A stretch of 64,000 nt of DNA from Oscillospiraceae bacterium (lineage in GTDB: Bacteria > Bacillota > Clostridia > Oscillospirales > Ruminococcaceae), in NCBI GenBank assembly GCA_051882595.1, contig JBJESD010000005.1, positions 2,369 through 66,368 on the forward strand. The letters are read 5' to 3'. Shown piece by piece: positions 47,505 to 57,008 of this stretch. Made by a program: the position numbers and the translations under genes. The notes under the pieces are model-generated. The model saw only the letters and a program-made list of their open reading frames with translations. It was not told where the DNA came from and ran no database searches. How positions within the stretch are numbered: the first letter of the stretch is position 1; the number at the start of each line of letters is the position of its first letter.

Positions 47505-48346
47505 TGGGCGCGTTTAAATTCGGATTCAAGAAAGAATGGTATCATTTTTCCCGAACCTTCCGTTTCGGCGGAATTCTCATCGCGCTTATTTCGGTAGCGC
47601 TTGTAAATCCGCTTATGATAAAGTCCTTGTCGTATATGATGGACACTATGATGTCTATGGCAGAACCGATGCTGTCCGAGCTTTCGGGTGAGGAAATCGC
47701 CGAGCTTTCGACAGAGTATACAAGTCCTATCGTTTTCAGCGCCGCATTGTCTGACTTTTGCAACACAGCTCTGCTTGTATTGCTGCTTGTGCTTATGTCG
47801 CCGTTCGGCGGAGAGCAGAAAAAGCGCGCAACGCTCATCCCCTCATGCAGCGGCCTTGATAATGAGTATTACCTTATCCCAAAGTTTGTGCTGTACCCTG
47901 CCGTGATATTTGCCGCAACGATCGTATCCGGAATGATTGCAGGCGGTCTTTCCAACGCGCTTTTCCCCGAGCCGATAGGCTTCGGCACTATCCTGCTCGG
48001 CTCCTTGCTGTGCGCGATATACCTCACATTCATAATGACGATATATATGGCGCTGGGACTCTGCACAAGCCGCCCCGGAATTATGACCATCGCGGTATAC
48101 TTCGGTCACTCGCTCGTCTCCGCAATACTGCTTGCCATGAATCTTGAAAAGTTCAACCCCTTTACCCTGTACTATATTTTCTCGCATGGCATGAACGAAA
48201 AGGACTTCTCCCTTGCAAAAGAAGTCCCCAGCATTATCGTAGGCGCTCTGCTTGCTGTGGTTATCTCAGTGATGATGTATTTCCTCACGCTTGCCGTTCT
48301 TCGCACCAAGCGGATAAATAACCAAGAGGATAAACCCGAGTTTTAA
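47504..48346 (+). CDS. ABC-2-type transporter permease
   Basis: TGATG overlap with the ATPase gene and 6 predicted TM helices. Confidence 0.75.
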   Translation: MGAFKFGFKKEWYHFSRTFRFGGILIALISVALVNPLMIKSLSYMMDTMMSMAEPMLSELSGEEIAELSTEYTSPIVFSAALSDFCNTALLVLLLVLMSPFGGEQKKRATLIPSCSGLDNEYYLIPKFVLYPAVIFAATIVSGMIAGGLSNALFPEPIGFGTILLGSLLCAIYLTFIMTIYMALGLCTSRPGIMTIAVYFGHSLVSAILLAMNLEKFNPFTLYYIFSHGMNEKDFSLAKEVPSIIVGALLAVVISVMMYFLTLAVLRTKRINNQEDKPEF

Positions 48347-48436
48347 TTACAAGCAGTAAATCTCCGAGCCTAATCTTGAACAAATAATCCCGTCAAAGCT
48401 GTAAAAGGCTTTGACGGGATTTTGTTATATGTCAGC

Positions 48437-49990
48437 TCACATCACAAATATGTTAGCCGAACAGGGTGAAGCAACCAGCTTACCGCCCTTTTGCTCTGCT
48501 TGTCCGCCGAAAGAATAGATATTGCTTTTCAGCTCGCCGACAAAAGCAAATCCAACCTCGCTATCCGATGGATTTAGCACAACAAGAAGCCGTTCGTTGC
48601 CGTCGGTTCTGGTGTACGCAAGGGGATATTCGTCCTTTTCGGCATATACAAACTCTATCTCGCCTTTGCTCTGTAAAGCCTTGTGCGACTGTCTTATCTC
48701 TATAAGACGTTTTATCTCATTGATGAGAGAATGGGGATCATTAAGCTGATTTTCCGCGGTTGGTCTGTCAGCGCTTTCGTCCTGCGGTATATAGAGGGAA
48801 TGCTTTGGCGCGCTGCTGAAGCCTGCATTGACCGAATCATCCCACTGCATAGGCGAGCGAGAGCCGGTTCTGCCATAGCCGCCCTCCACCGAAACAAGAC
48901 CCTCAACATAACGCATACCTATTTCGTCGCCGTAATAGATAAACGGTGCGCCGGGCATCGTAAGCAGGAATGCAAAAGCAATTTTCAGCTTCTCCCCCTT
49001 GATATAGCGCGAAAGCCTGTCCATATCGTGATTGCCGGATGGAATACAGATAAGTCCCCTGCGCTGCGTCTTTTCATAGCTTTCCTTGTATCTTGCCACA
49101 AACTCTGAAGCATCACCGCAGCCTGCGAAGAAAGGTCTTTCGCAGCGGAAAAGATCATTGTAATGCGAAGGGCCGAAGTGCAGCAGAAAGTCCATGTGAA
49201 AACCGCCCATAAGGCTCTTGTCGGGTTCACCCCACTCGGATATCATTGCCGCATTGGGAAACTCCGCATCGAGAAAGGCTCTGATATTCTGCCACAACCT
49301 TATTGTGCCCTTGCCGTCTTCGTCGCACTTCACCAAAGAGCCTGCCATATCCACCCTGAAACCGTCACAGCCCATCCTAAGCCAGAAACGCATGATGTCC
49401 TTTAACGCCTCGATAGTAGCCCGAGGACCCGGGTCATCCATACTTTGCTGCCACTTTTTTTGCGGATCGGGTTTATAGTACCCGTAGTTCAGCGCGGGCT
49501 GATGACTGAAGAAATTTACCGCACAGCTTCCGTCGCGTGTGGATATTCCTCTTATCGAAGCGCAGCCTGTCGGTTCCTCCCAAATGCTGTCGGTCCAGAT
49601 GTAGCGATCCGTATACTCATTTTTTTCGGCGCGCATAGACTGCCTGAACCATTCGTGCTGCACAGAGGTGTGCCCCGGTACAAGGTCAAGCAGAATGTGC
49701 ATACCGCGCTTATGCACCTCATCAAACAGCATTTTCAGATCCTCGTTTGTGCCGTATCTGGCAGCCGTCCTGTAATAGTCCGATACATCATAGCCTGCAT
49801 CCCCAAAGGGCGATTCAAAGCAGGGGTTCATCCAGATCGCCGTACATCCAAGCCCTCTGATATAGTCCAGCTTTTCTGCTATGCCCTTAAAATCACCTAT
49901 GCCGTCTGCATTGGTATCCCTGAAGGACTGGGGATATATTTCATAGAACACCGCATTTTCAAGCCATTCGGGATAATTGATACCGCTCAT
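48437..49990 (-). CDS. GH13 alpha-glucosidase / oligo-1,6-glucosidase-like enzyme
   Basis: FYEIYPQSFRD..ADGIGD start with GH13 regions DLVPGHTS, GFRVDMA and EWGE. Confidence 0.9.
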   Translation of the reverse strand: MSGINYPEWLENAVFYEIYPQSFRDTNADGIGDFKGIAEKLDYIRGLGCTAIWMNPCFESPFGDAGYDVSDYYRTAARYGTNEDLKMLFDEVHKRGMHILLDLVPGHTSVQHEWFRQSMRAEKNEYTDRYIWTDSIWEEPTGCASIRGISTRDGSCAVNFFSHQPALNYGYYKPDPQKKWQQSMDDPGPRATIEALKDIMRFWLRMGCDGFRVDMAGSLVKCDEDGKGTIRLWQNIRAFLDAEFPNAAMISEWGEPDKSLMGGFHMDFLLHFGPSHYNDLFRCERPFFAGCGDASEFVARYKESYEKTQRRGLICIPSGNHDMDRLSRYIKGEKLKIAFAFLLTMPGAPFIYYGDEIGMRYVEGLVSVEGGYGRTGSRSPMQWDDSVNAGFSSAPKHSLYIPQDESADRPTAENQLNDPHSLINEIKRLIEIRQSHKALQSKGEIEFVYAEKDEYPLAYTRTDGNERLLVVLNPSDSEVGFAFVGELKSNIYSFGGQAEQKGGKLVASPCSANIFVM

Positions 49991-50111
49991 TACATTTCTC
50001 TCCTTATGTGTTGATTTTGTTTTCTATATATGATATAATACTATAAAAAAATAAATGTTTCTACCGATAAACTATCAATTTCTGATACTATACTATTTTC
50101 AGGAGTCTGTC

Positions 50112-51002
50112 ATGCCTAACACATATCACAGGGAGAACCGCGAGCACAGCAGCCGTCTTATTCCTTTCAGCTACTACAAATCCCGAATACCCGATTATTT
50201 CCCCAACGTGCCGCTGCACTGCCATAAGGAGTTTGAGATAAATCTCGTTTTATCGGGATGCGGCGAATTTGCCGTCGGCGATGACAGATTTATAGCAGAC
50301 GAGGGAGATATTATAATCATACAGCCCAATATACCGCACTCAGTCCACCAATGCGGCAACACCGTGCTGATATACGACACTTTGGTTTTCAGCAGCGATA
50401 TGCTGTTAAGCAGGAACGACGACCGAAGTTCCCTGCAATACATTATCCCGTTATCAAATCACGCTGTCAGTATAGCTGCGCATATCACTGCCGAACACAA
50501 ATGCTATCGGGAGCTGCTCTCATATGCAAAGGGATTTATCGCCGCTTCAAAGAAAAACTCCGCCCTTGACGATGTTATACTTAAGGGCAAGCTTTTCTGC
50601 TTCTTCGCAGCCATATTCAAAAACGCCGAGCTGACTTCCGCTTCGGATAGTCAGGTAAAGTACAGCGAGCTTATCAGACCGTCTATCGAATATATAAACG
50701 AGCACTTCGCTGAAAAGCTTACCATTAACCGCCTTGCCGATATATCTCATCTGAGTGAAAGCTATTTCATGAAAGCGTTCAAGCAATGCGCAGGTATGGG
50801 AGCGGCTCAATACATCAACCAGATAAGAATTAAAGCCGCCTGCGAGTGTTTAAGGGAGAATAACTGCAATATATCCCAAATTGCATTTTCCTGCGGCTTT
50901 ACCAATCTCTCCAACTTCAACAGGCAGTTTCGCAGGCAAGTCGGTATTTCGCCTAGGGAATACTCAAGAAAAATATGTAACAAAACCGCGCCAAACGATT
51001 AA
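50112..51002 (+). CDS. AraC-family transcriptional regulator (cupin + HTH)
   Basis: The AraC C-terminal HTH reads FSCGFTNLSNFNRQFRRQVGISPREY. It is divergent from the GH13 gene. Confidence 0.88.
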   Translation: MPNTYHRENREHSSRLIPFSYYKSRIPDYFPNVPLHCHKEFEINLVLSGCGEFAVGDDRFIADEGDIIIIQPNIPHSVHQCGNTVLIYDTLVFSSDMLLSRNDDRSSLQYIIPLSNHAVSIAAHITAEHKCYRELLSYAKGFIAASKKNSALDDVILKGKLFCFFAAIFKNAELTSASDSQVKYSELIRPSIEYINEHFAEKLTINRLADISHLSESYFMKAFKQCAGMGAAQYINQIRIKAACECLRENNCNISQIAFSCGFTNLSNFNRQFRRQVGISPREYSRKICNKTAPND

Positions 51003-51173
51003 GGCAAGCCGTAAAATACATCAAGCGCCGCCGCTTCGTTTTCGCAGCCGTACAATGCACAGCAGAGCTGCACAACACCACAAATCTGGTGCCGTGCAGC
51101 TCTGCTTATTCATATGCGTATGGATTTCATGCCTGCTTCGCTGCCGACAGACGGAGTTCCCGACAAGCCGGAG

Positions 51174-52811
51174 TTATTCTGCCGAAAGGTCTATTCTTCT
51201 TACAGCGTCCCTTAGCGGAAGTACAAACGAGGGCGAAACCGAAAGCTCATCCACCCCCATGCGCAGAAATGTTTCTGTAAGGGAGGTGTCCGCCGCCAGC
51301 TCGCCGCAGATCCCTATCCACGCGCCATGCCTGTGTGCATTCTCGGCGCTCATACGTATAAGCCGAAGTACAGCCTCGTGGTGAGTGTCGCAGAACTGCT
51401 CTACTTGTGGATTCTGCCTGTCGCAGGCAAGAGTGTACTGCGTAAGGTCGTTTGTGCCCACGCTGAAAAAATCCACCATCGGCGCAAGCATATCGCTTAT
51501 CAGCGCCGCCGCAGGGGTTTCTATCATAATGCCGATTTCGATTTTGTCGGAGTACTCAATGCCGTCGCTCTTAAGCTCTGCCTTTACCTTATCGCATATC
51601 TCAAGGGACTTTTTGACCTCCGAAACGCTTGTTATCATCGGGAACATTATGCCGAGATTGCCGTAAACGGACGCTCTGAACAGCGCACGCAGCTGCGTTA
51701 TGAATATCTCGGGACGGGTCAGGCAGATTCGTATTGCCCGATAACCCATTGCCGGATTTTCCTCCTTTTTAAGGTTGAAGTAGTCCGCCTGCTTGTCCGC
51801 ACCGATATCCATGGTGCGGATGATCACCTTTTTTCCGCCCATGCTTTCGAGAACGCGCTTGTATGCTGCAAACTGCTGCTCCTCGGTGGGATAATCGCTG
51901 TTCCCGAGATACAGGAACTCGCTGCGGAACAGACCCACTCCGTCTGCGTCATTAAGCAGTACTGCGCCGATGTTGTCGATACTTCCGATGTTGGTGTAGA
52001 TGTTGATTTTCGTTCCGTCAAGGGTGATGTTTTCCTTGCCCTTAAGCTCCTGCAAAAGGCGCTTTTTGTTAAGGTCGTCTGTCTGCTTTTTCAGCAGGCG
52101 CTCCCTCGCTGCCTCGTCCGGAGAGATGAACACCTCGCCGGTAAAGCCGTCAACAATCGCCTCATCCCCCTCCCTCAGCGAGGAGAGGAACTCGTCGCCC
52201 ACTCCGATTACCGCAGGGATATTCATGCTGCGCGCAAGTATGGCGGTATGCGAATTGGAAGAACCGTGAGCGGTGACAAACGCAAGCACCTTTTCCTTGT
52301 CAAGCGATACCGTTTCGCTTGGGGCAAGGTCATCCGCACAAATTATCATCCTCTCGTCGGCGTGGATAGCGTCCGCGCCGTTTCCGCTGAGGTTGGCGAT
52401 AATGCGGTTGGAGATATCCCTTACATCTGCGGCGCGTGCCTGCATATAGGAGTCATCCATAGCTGAGAACATCTCCGCGAAATTATCCGAAGTTACCGCG
52501 ACAGCATACTCCGCATTGACCTGCTGCGTTTTGATTATATTGCAGATAGATTCGTTATAGTCCTCATCCTCAAGCATCATCCGATGTATACCGAATATCG
52601 CGGCGTTTGTTTCGCCCACCTCTCTTAGAGCCTTTTCGTATATCTCGCCCAGCTGCCGGGACGCGGCGGACTTTGCAGCCTCTACCCTTTCGATTTCCGC
52701 CTTTATATCTTCTATATGGATGCGCGAAACTGCTGCGTCGTTTTTGCGGAATACAGATATCCTGCCTATCGCCACAGCGCCGTATACACCCTTGCCAACA
52801 TACCTCGTCAT
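51174..52811 (-). CDS. ptsI: PEP--protein phosphotransferase (PTS Enzyme I)
   Basis: 545 aa with the active-site region GSSNSHTAILARS and a C-terminal PEP-utilising TIM-barrel domain. Confidence 0.95.
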   Translation of the reverse strand: MTRYVGKGVYGAVAIGRISVFRKNDAAVSRIHIEDIKAEIERVEAAKSAASRQLGEIYEKALREVGETNAAIFGIHRMMLEDEDYNESICNIIKTQQVNAEYAVAVTSDNFAEMFSAMDDSYMQARAADVRDISNRIIANLSGNGADAIHADERMIICADDLAPSETVSLDKEKVLAFVTAHGSSNSHTAILARSMNIPAVIGVGDEFLSSLREGDEAIVDGFTGEVFISPDEAARERLLKKQTDDLNKKRLLQELKGKENITLDGTKINIYTNIGSIDNIGAVLLNDADGVGLFRSEFLYLGNSDYPTEEQQFAAYKRVLESMGGKKVIIRTMDIGADKQADYFNLKKEENPAMGYRAIRICLTRPEIFITQLRALFRASVYGNLGIMFPMITSVSEVKKSLEICDKVKAELKSDGIEYSDKIEIGIMIETPAAALISDMLAPMVDFFSVGTNDLTQYTLACDRQNPQVEQFCDTHHEAVLRLIRMSAENAHRHGAWIGICGELAADTSLTETFLRMGVDELSVSPSFVLPLRDAVRRIDLSAE

Positions 52812-53062
52812 ACTTGTCCTCCCCTTGTTTATCAGAGACTTTTGGAGAAGAAGCTCTCCTGCTCTGCCGAGGCGCTCCTGCCGCCTCTTTCATATGTATG
52901 ATGTGCCGTCTGATGTGAACTATCCGCAAATTATCAAAAACCGCCGCGTTCTCTCCGCCATTTTACGGGATCATCCGCATACTATTTTGCGGCATTTGTT
53001 TAAGCATATTCTCCCGATTTGATAATTTCTGCCGAAAACGAGGCACACATCCGTATTATTTG

Positions 53063-53111
53063 CAAAAAAATGCCCGGAGATTTATGCAGGCAGGTGCTGC
53101 AAATCTCCGGG
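53063..53111 (-). terminator. rho-independent terminator of the 54153..53198 operon
   Basis: Long stem CCCGGAGATTT..GCAG / CTGCAAATCTCCGGG followed, on the minus strand, by CATTTTTTTG. Confidence 0.75.
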
Positions 53112-53197
53112 TATTGCTCCACTATAACGGGAAAACCGCTATTCTCTTGTAAGCCTTTCGATGTGTATGTTTTCCGTTCGGCTATGTTTCGGAAGAA

Positions 53198-53890
53198 TTA
53201 CTCGAGTATTCTTCCATCGGTGGATACTATCACAACGCGCCACGGGATGAACTTTCCGCTTGCCTTAAGAGCCGTCTTTACAGCGTTTTCGATTCCTCCG
53301 CAGCAGGGCACCTCCATGCGCACGACGGTCACGCTTTTTATGTCGTTTCCTGAGATGATAGCGGTGAGCTTTTCTGCATAATCCCCCTCGTCAAGCTTCG
53401 GACAGCCGATAAGAGTGATGTGGTTTCGTATGAATTCGTTGTGGAAATCCCCGTAAGCATACGCTGTGCAGTCCGCCGCGATAAGCAGATTTGCATTGTC
53501 GAAATACGGCGCGTTTACCGGAACAAGCTTTATCTGCACCGGCCACTGTGAAAGCATACTTGCCGCAGGCGCAGCCGACGGCGCCGCATTCTCACGGGAT
53601 ATCGCCTTTGAGTGCGTCCCGGGGCAGCCGCACGCAAGCGCCTCTGCCGATTTTTTCTGCTTCGCCGCAAGCACTGCCGCCTCGTTATAGGCAGGCGCCT
53701 CGCGCTGCTCAAAGGTTATTGCGTTTGTCGGGCAAGCCGGCAAGCAGTCGCCCAGTCCGTCGCAGTAGTCCTCACGGGTGAGCTTTGCCTTGCCGTCTAT
53801 CATCTCAATCGCGCCCTCGTGGCAGGCTTTGGCACAAAGTCCGCAGCCGTTGCACAGCTCCTCATCTATCTTGATAATCTTTCTTATCAT
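53198..53890 (-). CDS. 4Fe-4S dicluster domain protein
   Basis: The N-terminus carries CNGCGLCAKAC and CDGLGDCLPACP ferredoxin motifs. Confidence 0.8.
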   Translation of the reverse strand: MIRKIIKIDEELCNGCGLCAKACHEGAIEMIDGKAKLTREDYCDGLGDCLPACPTNAITFEQREAPAYNEAAVLAAKQKKSAEALACGCPGTHSKAISRENAAPSAAPAASMLSQWPVQIKLVPVNAPYFDNANLLIAADCTAYAYGDFHNEFIRNHITLIGCPKLDEGDYAEKLTAIISGNDIKSVTVVRMEVPCCGGIENAVKTALKASGKFIPWRVVIVSTDGRILE

Positions 53891-54153
53891 TATAATTCCT
53901 CCTTTTCAATCCTGAAAACGTTGATTACATCACAGTCGGGACAGCAAAAGCGCACATCCCCCTGCCTTGACAGCGGCGGCGTACCGCCGTATCGCAGAAT
54001 GTCTATATAGGGAAAAGCCACGTGCATTGCCATAGGGCACAGCTTTCCGCGCTCGGTGTCATAGTCGAACGAATCACCGACTTTATGCCCTCTGTGGCAG
54101 CTGCATTCGCCTTTTTTCTCTACAAGCGTTATCGTAATTCTTGGTTTCATCAT
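53890..54153 (-). CDS. Small Cys-rich protein (TIGR04076-like)
   Basis: 87 aa with CSCHRGHKVGD...CP...CCPDC. Translationally coupled to the 4Fe-4S gene. Confidence 0.6.
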   Translation of the reverse strand: MMKPRITITLVEKKGECSCHRGHKVGDSFDYDTERGKLCPMAMHVAFPYIDILRYGGTPPLSRQGDVRFCCPDCDVINVFRIEKEEL

Positions 54154-54245
54154 TTAAAATCAAAATCCTTTCTTGACTTTATGCCTAAATTATAATATAA
54201 TTTTTTTAAAAAGTCGGTTGTATTTACAACAGAAACGGAGTTTCT

Positions 54246-54905
54246 ATGAAGAAATATATCCCTGTTTTGCTGCACACGCAGCTTTTTTCGGGAGTTAATG
54301 AGGATGAGCTGTTTACCATGCTGTCCTGCCTGCAGGCAAGGGTCCGCACATACAAAAAGGGCGAGTATGTGCTGCGGCAGGGCGAGCGCCACGCAAGCAT
54401 AACTGTACTTGTGCAGGGCAAGCTGCATATCCAGTGCGACGACTACTGGGGCAGCCGAAGCATCATCAATATCGTGGACGTGGGCGAAATGTTCGGCGAA
54501 GCCTATGCAGCACCCGACAGCGGCGCACTGCTGAATGACGTTCTCGCGGTTGAGGACAGCGCGGTGGTTTTCCTTGATTTGGAGTGGGTTCTTTCGGGCT
54601 GCCCGACAGCCTGCAAATTCCACGCCGCAGTCGCGCAGAACCTGTTTTTTGCAATATCCGAAAAAAACAGAAAGCTCGTGCAGAAGCTGGGATATATGTC
54701 AAAGCGTACAACGCGCGAAAAGCTGATGGCATACCTCTCGGATGAAGCAAAGCGGCAGGGCAGCGGAACATTCTCAATCCCATTCAACCGACAGCAGCTT
54801 GCCGATTTCCTTTCCGTTGACCGCAGCGCAATGTCGGGCGAGCTGTCAAGAATGAGCCGCGACGGGCTGCTGAGGTATGAAAAAAACAGGTTTACATTGC
54901 TGTAA
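54246..54905 (+). CDS. Crp/Fnr-family transcriptional regulator
   Basis: A cNMP-binding-like beta-roll and a C-terminal HTH (REKLMAYL...QQLADFLSVDRSAMSGELSRM). Confidence 0.9.
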   Translation: MKKYIPVLLHTQLFSGVNEDELFTMLSCLQARVRTYKKGEYVLRQGERHASITVLVQGKLHIQCDDYWGSRSIINIVDVGEMFGEAYAAPDSGALLNDVLAVEDSAVVFLDLEWVLSGCPTACKFHAAVAQNLFFAISEKNRKLVQKLGYMSKRTTREKLMAYLSDEAKRQGSGTFSIPFNRQQLADFLSVDRSAMSGELSRMSRDGLLRYEKNRFTLL

Positions 54906-54971
54906 CCTCAACACAAGCAGATATGAACCACCAATAAATACAACAATTTGCAAAAACTTCTCATACAAATC

Positions 54972-55000
54972 TTGACAAATCCCGTTCGAGGTGCTATACT
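54972..55000 (+). promoter_or_regulatory. Consensus-like sigma-A promoter of the ABC exporter operon
   Basis: TTGACA, a 17-nt spacer, then TATACT. Confidence 0.65.
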
Positions 55001-55034
55001 ATACTAACGATTATCAAGAAAGGAGGCAGACAAT

Positions 55035-55190
55035 ATGTTATATCGCAATCACCCCACACCAAATATATTATACAAAATGTACTCTTGTCTGTCGCCGAGC
55101 ATTTGCCGCAACGAAAAGGTTAAGGCAAAATTACTCTTATCTGAATTTAAAGCGTGCATTTTCTATCAATGCGCGCTTTTTAATTTTTAA
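55035..55190 (+). CDS. 51-codon Cys-rich leader ORF (bmrB-like candidate), absent from the supplied ORF track
   Basis: AAAGGAGG lies 8 nt before the ATG. The translation is MLYRNHPTPNILYKMYSCLSPSICRNEKVKAKLLLSEFKACIFYQCALFNF. Its 3' end overlaps a terminator hairpin. Confidence 0.5.
   Translation: MLYRNHPTPNILYKMYSCLSPSICRNEKVKAKLLLSEFKACIFYQCALFNF
55151..55187 (+). terminator. Intrinsic terminator / attenuator immediately upstream of the ABC exporter RBS
   Basis: AGCGTGCATT / AATGCGCGCT 10-bp stem (one G.U), TTCTATC loop, then TTTTTAATTTTT. Confidence 0.6.
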
Positions 55191-55199
55191 GGAGGAAGA

Positions 55200-57008
55200 A
55201 TGAAAATCAAAGAAAAACCAAAGTATTCCGCCCTGTCTAACGTTATGTATATGCTGAAAACCCTTTGGCACGGCAGCAAGGGATATGTCATCTACACTTT
55301 CGTCAAGGAATTCAACGAAAACGTGTTCTGGACGATATTTTCAGTGTATCTGACAGAGTGGATTTATGTCGCAATTGAAAACAAAACGCCATTTACCGCG
55401 CTTGCCTCCTTCGTTGGGGCAATGTGCATCGGGCATATCTGCATACATATCACTGCGGCTATTCATCAGCTGTGCGAAAAGCAGTTTCTGCCGAAAATGT
55501 ACCGGGATTTCTACAAGCGCGTTATACGCAAATCCATTTCAATGGATTACACCGAGTTTGAGCGCCCCGATTTCTACGACAAATACACCCGTGCGCTGAA
55601 TGAGTGCCAATGGCGAGGCAGTACAATTCTGTACTTCTCCGCATATCTCGTTGCAGGTATAGCTTCGGTAATTGCGGCGACGATTATTGTCGCTGACGTT
55701 GACCCGTGGCTGCTTATATTCATCCTGCCCATGGTTGCGGTTTCGATGCTTTTCGGCAAGAAGGAGGGCGACCTCTACTACTCCCTCGATATGTCCAACA
55801 CCCGTGACGGACGTATCGGCAGCTACGCAAAGCGCGTGTTCTATGAAAAGAAATACGCAGGAGAATTGCGCCTTTTCGGTATCGGCAAGCTGTTATTATC
55901 ACGTCACGAAAAGGCATATGAGGAAATGGAGGAGCGCACCCGTAAAATACGCAGAAAGCTGTGCGTCATCGAGCCTGCAAAGTGGATAATCTACAACCTT
56001 TTGTCAACAATTCTCCCCTATCTCTACATAGCATTCGTGCTTAACAAGGGCGAGGTTCAGACTGCCGCTTATGTGGCAATGATACCTGCTCTTTCCACCC
56101 TTTCGTGGCGCACCTCCGACGCTGTTGAGCTTATCGTTTCTCTTGCAAAAGAGAGCGCATTTGTAAGCAATCTCCGCGAGTTCCTCTCCTATGAGCCTAA
56201 AGTCAACGCTGACGAGCTTATCAAGGCGAAAAAGCTTTCCGACATCGAAATCAAGGACATGAGCTTCACCTACGAAGGAGCGGATAGCGCCACGCTCCAT
56301 GATGTAAACATCAGTATCCGCGAGGGCGAGAAGATTGCCATTGTGGGTCACAACGGCGCAGGCAAAACCACCCTTGTAAAGCTGATAATGGGGCTCTACA
56401 ACCCTACCGAGGGCAATATAAAAATCAGCGGCGAGGATATCACAAGGTACGAGCCGAAATCGCTTCACAGCCGTTTCGGTACGGTGTTTCAGGACTTGCA
56501 GGTGTTCGCCCTGCCGCTTTCCCACAACGTATTGATGCGCAAGCCGAAGAACGACGAGGAGCGAGCGCTTGTCGAGGAGTCACTGCGCAAAGCGCAGTTC
56601 GGCGACAAGCTGGACAGCCTTGAAAACGGCATTGACACAATGGTTACCAAGGAGTTTGACGAGAACGGCATGGGGCTTTCGGGCGGCGAGGCGCAAAAGA
56701 TCGCCATCGCACGAGTTTTCGCCCGAAAGCCGGATATCGTGATACTTGACGAGCCAAGCTCCGCCCTTGACCCTATTGCAGAGTACAATATGTATAAGAA
56801 TATGCTTACCGCAACGGACGGCGAAACTGTAATATTCATCTCGCACCGACTTTCCGCGACCCGTGACGCCGACCGCATATATATGTTCGAGCAGGGCACG
56901 GTCGTTGAACAGGGAACTCACGCCGAATTAATGGCGCTGAACGGAAAATATGCGGAAATGTGGAAATTACAGGCGCAGAACTATCTTGCAGAGGAGGTGA
57001 CGGCATGA
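55200..57008 (+). CDS. ABC exporter, fused permease/ATPase subunit 1
   Basis: 6 TM segments plus an NBD. Walker A GHNGAGKTT, LSGGEAQK, ILDEPSSALD. Confidence 0.92.
   Translation: MKIKEKPKYSALSNVMYMLKTLWHGSKGYVIYTFVKEFNENVFWTIFSVYLTEWIYVAIENKTPFTALASFVGAMCIGHICIHITAAIHQLCEKQFLPKMYRDFYKRVIRKSISMDYTEFERPDFYDKYTRALNECQWRGSTILYFSAYLVAGIASVIAATIIVADVDPWLLIFILPMVAVSMLFGKKEGDLYYSLDMSNTRDGRIGSYAKRVFYEKKYAGELRLFGIGKLLLSRHEKAYEEMEERTRKIRRKLCVIEPAKWIIYNLLSTILPYLYIAFVLNKGEVQTAAYVAMIPALSTLSWRTSDAVELIVSLAKESAFVSNLREFLSYEPKVNADELIKAKKLSDIEIKDMSFTYEGADSATLHDVNISIREGEKIAIVGHNGAGKTTLVKLIMGLYNPTEGNIKISGEDITRYEPKSLHSRFGTVFQDLQVFALPLSHNVLMRKPKNDEERALVEESLRKAQFGDKLDSLENGIDTMVTKEFDENGMGLSGGEAQKIAIARVFARKPDIVILDEPSSALDPIAEYNMYKNMLTATDGETVIFISHRLSATRDADRIYMFEQGTVVEQGTHAELMALNGKYAEMWKLQAQNYLAEEVTA

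Noticed and set aside
3360-52811. ptsH and ptsI being about 48 kb apart with no EII genes, taken as evidence of an unusual PTS
   Set aside because: Separation of ptsH and ptsI, and EII genes located elsewhere, are common in Clostridia. Nothing in the window itself is anomalous.
54991-55203. 70-aa ORF from the supplied track in the ABC exporter leader
   Set aside because: It has no RBS, its start lies inside the -10 region of the promoter, and its frame runs through the terminator and the downstream RBS. The 51-codon ORF at 55035 in another frame has a canonical AAAGGAGG-N8-ATG and is the better candidate.
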